NCBI GenBank assembly: GCA_052327205.1
Contig: CM126207.1
Span: 218,178,001 to 218,242,000 of the forward strand
Direction of reading: 5' to 3'
Source: Somniosus microcephalus
Lineage: Eukaryota
DNA length: 64,000 nt
Position numbers and translations under genes: made by a program
Shown here: in pieces, positions 62,796-64,000 of the stretch
Layout of the letters: the number at the start of each line of letters is the position of its first letter
How positions within the stretch are numbered: the stretch's first letter is position 1
The notes under the pieces: model-generated
Seen by the model: the letters and a program-made list of their open reading frames with translations, nothing else
Told to the model about the DNA's origin: nothing
Databases searched by the model: none

Positions 62796-64000
62796 ATGCC
62801 TAAACATGGGAACATTAATACCTTTGATAGCGACATCGAAGATTGGGCCATGTATGTAGAACGCATACAAAATTATTGTAAAGCAAATAAAATCCCAGAT
62901 GAAGAGAAAGCACTAACATTATTAAACTTAATGGGTGCGAAGACATACGGGCAATTGAAACACCTTTTATCACCAGATGAACCGGCGGATAAGACGTTCG
63001 AGGAGATTGTTACTGTCCTGAAAAATCATCTAAACCCCACGCCGCTGATGCTAGCGGAACGATTTAAATTTTACAGCAGAAGGCAGCTGAAGGATGAAAG
63101 CAATGCTGAATATTTAATGGAATTGCGTAAGCTAGCAAAGTACTGTCAGTTTGGAACGAGACTGACAGAAGCGCTACGAGATAAATTTGTGTGTGGTTTA
63201 TTAAAAGAAGATACACAAAAGCGACTGCTCGAGGAGAATGAGCTGACGCTTGAGAAAGCGGTCACTATGGCAGCAGCACACGAAGCCGCAGCGAGAGGCA
63301 CGGCAGTAATGCAGCTACGGTCACCGGAACTCAGTACAAATAAATTGGGTTTGAGTACTGTAAAATGTTATCGTTGTGGAAAGACAACGCACGATCAGAA
63401 CCAGTGTTGGTTTAAAAACCAAGAATGCAGAACGTGTGGCAGGCTTGGCCACATAGCTAAAGTATGCCGGTCAGGAAAGAAGACCAGCAACAAAAAGTCA
63501 CCACAAGGAAAATACATAAAGGTACACAAGGTGACAAAGAACAGTTCGACCGAACAGAAGTCAGATTCAGACGCTAGCAGTAATGAACTGGGTAGCTTAA
63601 GAGTACACAACGTTGGTAAGGATGCAGATCTCCAGACAATTTGGGTCACCCTTCAGATAGCAGGAGTCCAAGTAAAGATGGAATTGGACACTGGATCGGC
63701 ATTGACGGTCATGAATAAGAAAGATTACAAAAGGTTATTCCAACATATTCCCCTACGGGATACGGAGATTATATTGAAAACATACACGGGGCAAAGCGTG
63801 TACCCCATCGGAAAGATAGAGGTAAAAGTGGTCCACAAGGGCGAAGAAAGCCAAGTAATGGACTTATATGTGCTACCTGAAGGAGGTCCACCACTACTGG
63901 GACGGGAGTGGATTAGGAAAATGAATATGGACTGGCACTCCTTAAAAGCACTAACGGTAGATTCCGGGGAAACAGATGTCAAACCTAAACGATTGTCCAA
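62796..64000 (+). CDS. Gypsy Gag-Pol N-terminal part (gag plus protease), open to the window edge
   Basis: My translation: MPKHGNINTFD..W..YVER..AERFKF..LRDKFVCGL..CYRCGKTTHDQNQC..CRTCGRLGHIAKVC..MELDTGS..LLGREW, with no stop. It is absent from the ORF track, presumably because it lacks a stop codon. Confidence 0.92.
   Translation, partial: MPKHGNINTFDSDIEDWAMYVERIQNYCKANKIPDEEKALTLLNLMGAKTYGQLKHLLSPDEPADKTFEEIVTVLKNHLNPTPLMLAERFKFYSRRQLKDESNAEYLMELRKLAKYCQFGTRLTEALRDKFVCGLLKEDTQKRLLEENELTLEKAVTMAAAHEAAARGTAVMQLRSPELSTNKLGLSTVKCYRCGKTTHDQNQCWFKNQECRTCGRLGHIAKVCRSGKKTSNKKSPQGKYIKVHKVTKNSSTEQKSDSDASSNELGSLRVHNVGKDADLQTIWVTLQIAGVQVKMELDTGSALTVMNKKDYKRLFQHIPLRDTEIILKTYTGQSVYPIGKIEVKVVHKGEESQVMDLYVLPEGGPPLLGREWIRKMNMDWHSLKALTVDSGETDVKPKRLS

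Larger units (their letters stand above)
61982..64000 (+). mobile_element. Gypsy (Mag-like, tRNA-primed) LTR retrotransposon, 5' part; runs off the window
   Basis: LTR 61982-62215 (TGT...ACA, TATATAA at 62092, AGTAAA at 62145), then a PBS, a GC-rich leader and gag-pol. Confidence 0.92.

Overview
A vertebrate genomic window dominated by transposable elements; the repeat families point to a cartilaginous fish (shark-like). I could not confidently identify a host protein-coding exon, so this is probably intronic or intergenic DNA. It holds three complete Gypsy/Ty3 (Mag-like) LTR retrotransposons with paired LTRs and 5-bp TSDs: 5483-10139 (+), 30792-38615 (-, interrupted by a CR1) and 38665-42243 (-, internally deleted). 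There is also the 5' part of a fourth, tRNA-primed Gypsy (61982 to the window end) and a solo LTR. The rest includes many nested CR1 and L2 LINEs, a long RTE-X-like LINE, SINE fragments, Penelope-like terminal fragments, Harbinger/Tc1-mariner/hAT MITEs and a decayed Harbinger transposon. The main signal is that the three complete Gypsy elements have no tRNA PBS. Instead, the sequence just inside the 5' LTR is complementary to the AATAAA-containing segment of their own LTR, and this pairing co-varies between two divergent families. All three also carry a YLDN rather than YxDD RT motif and a conserved hairpin over the PPT. Boundaries of decayed repeats are approximate, and family names come from motif recognition, not database searches.
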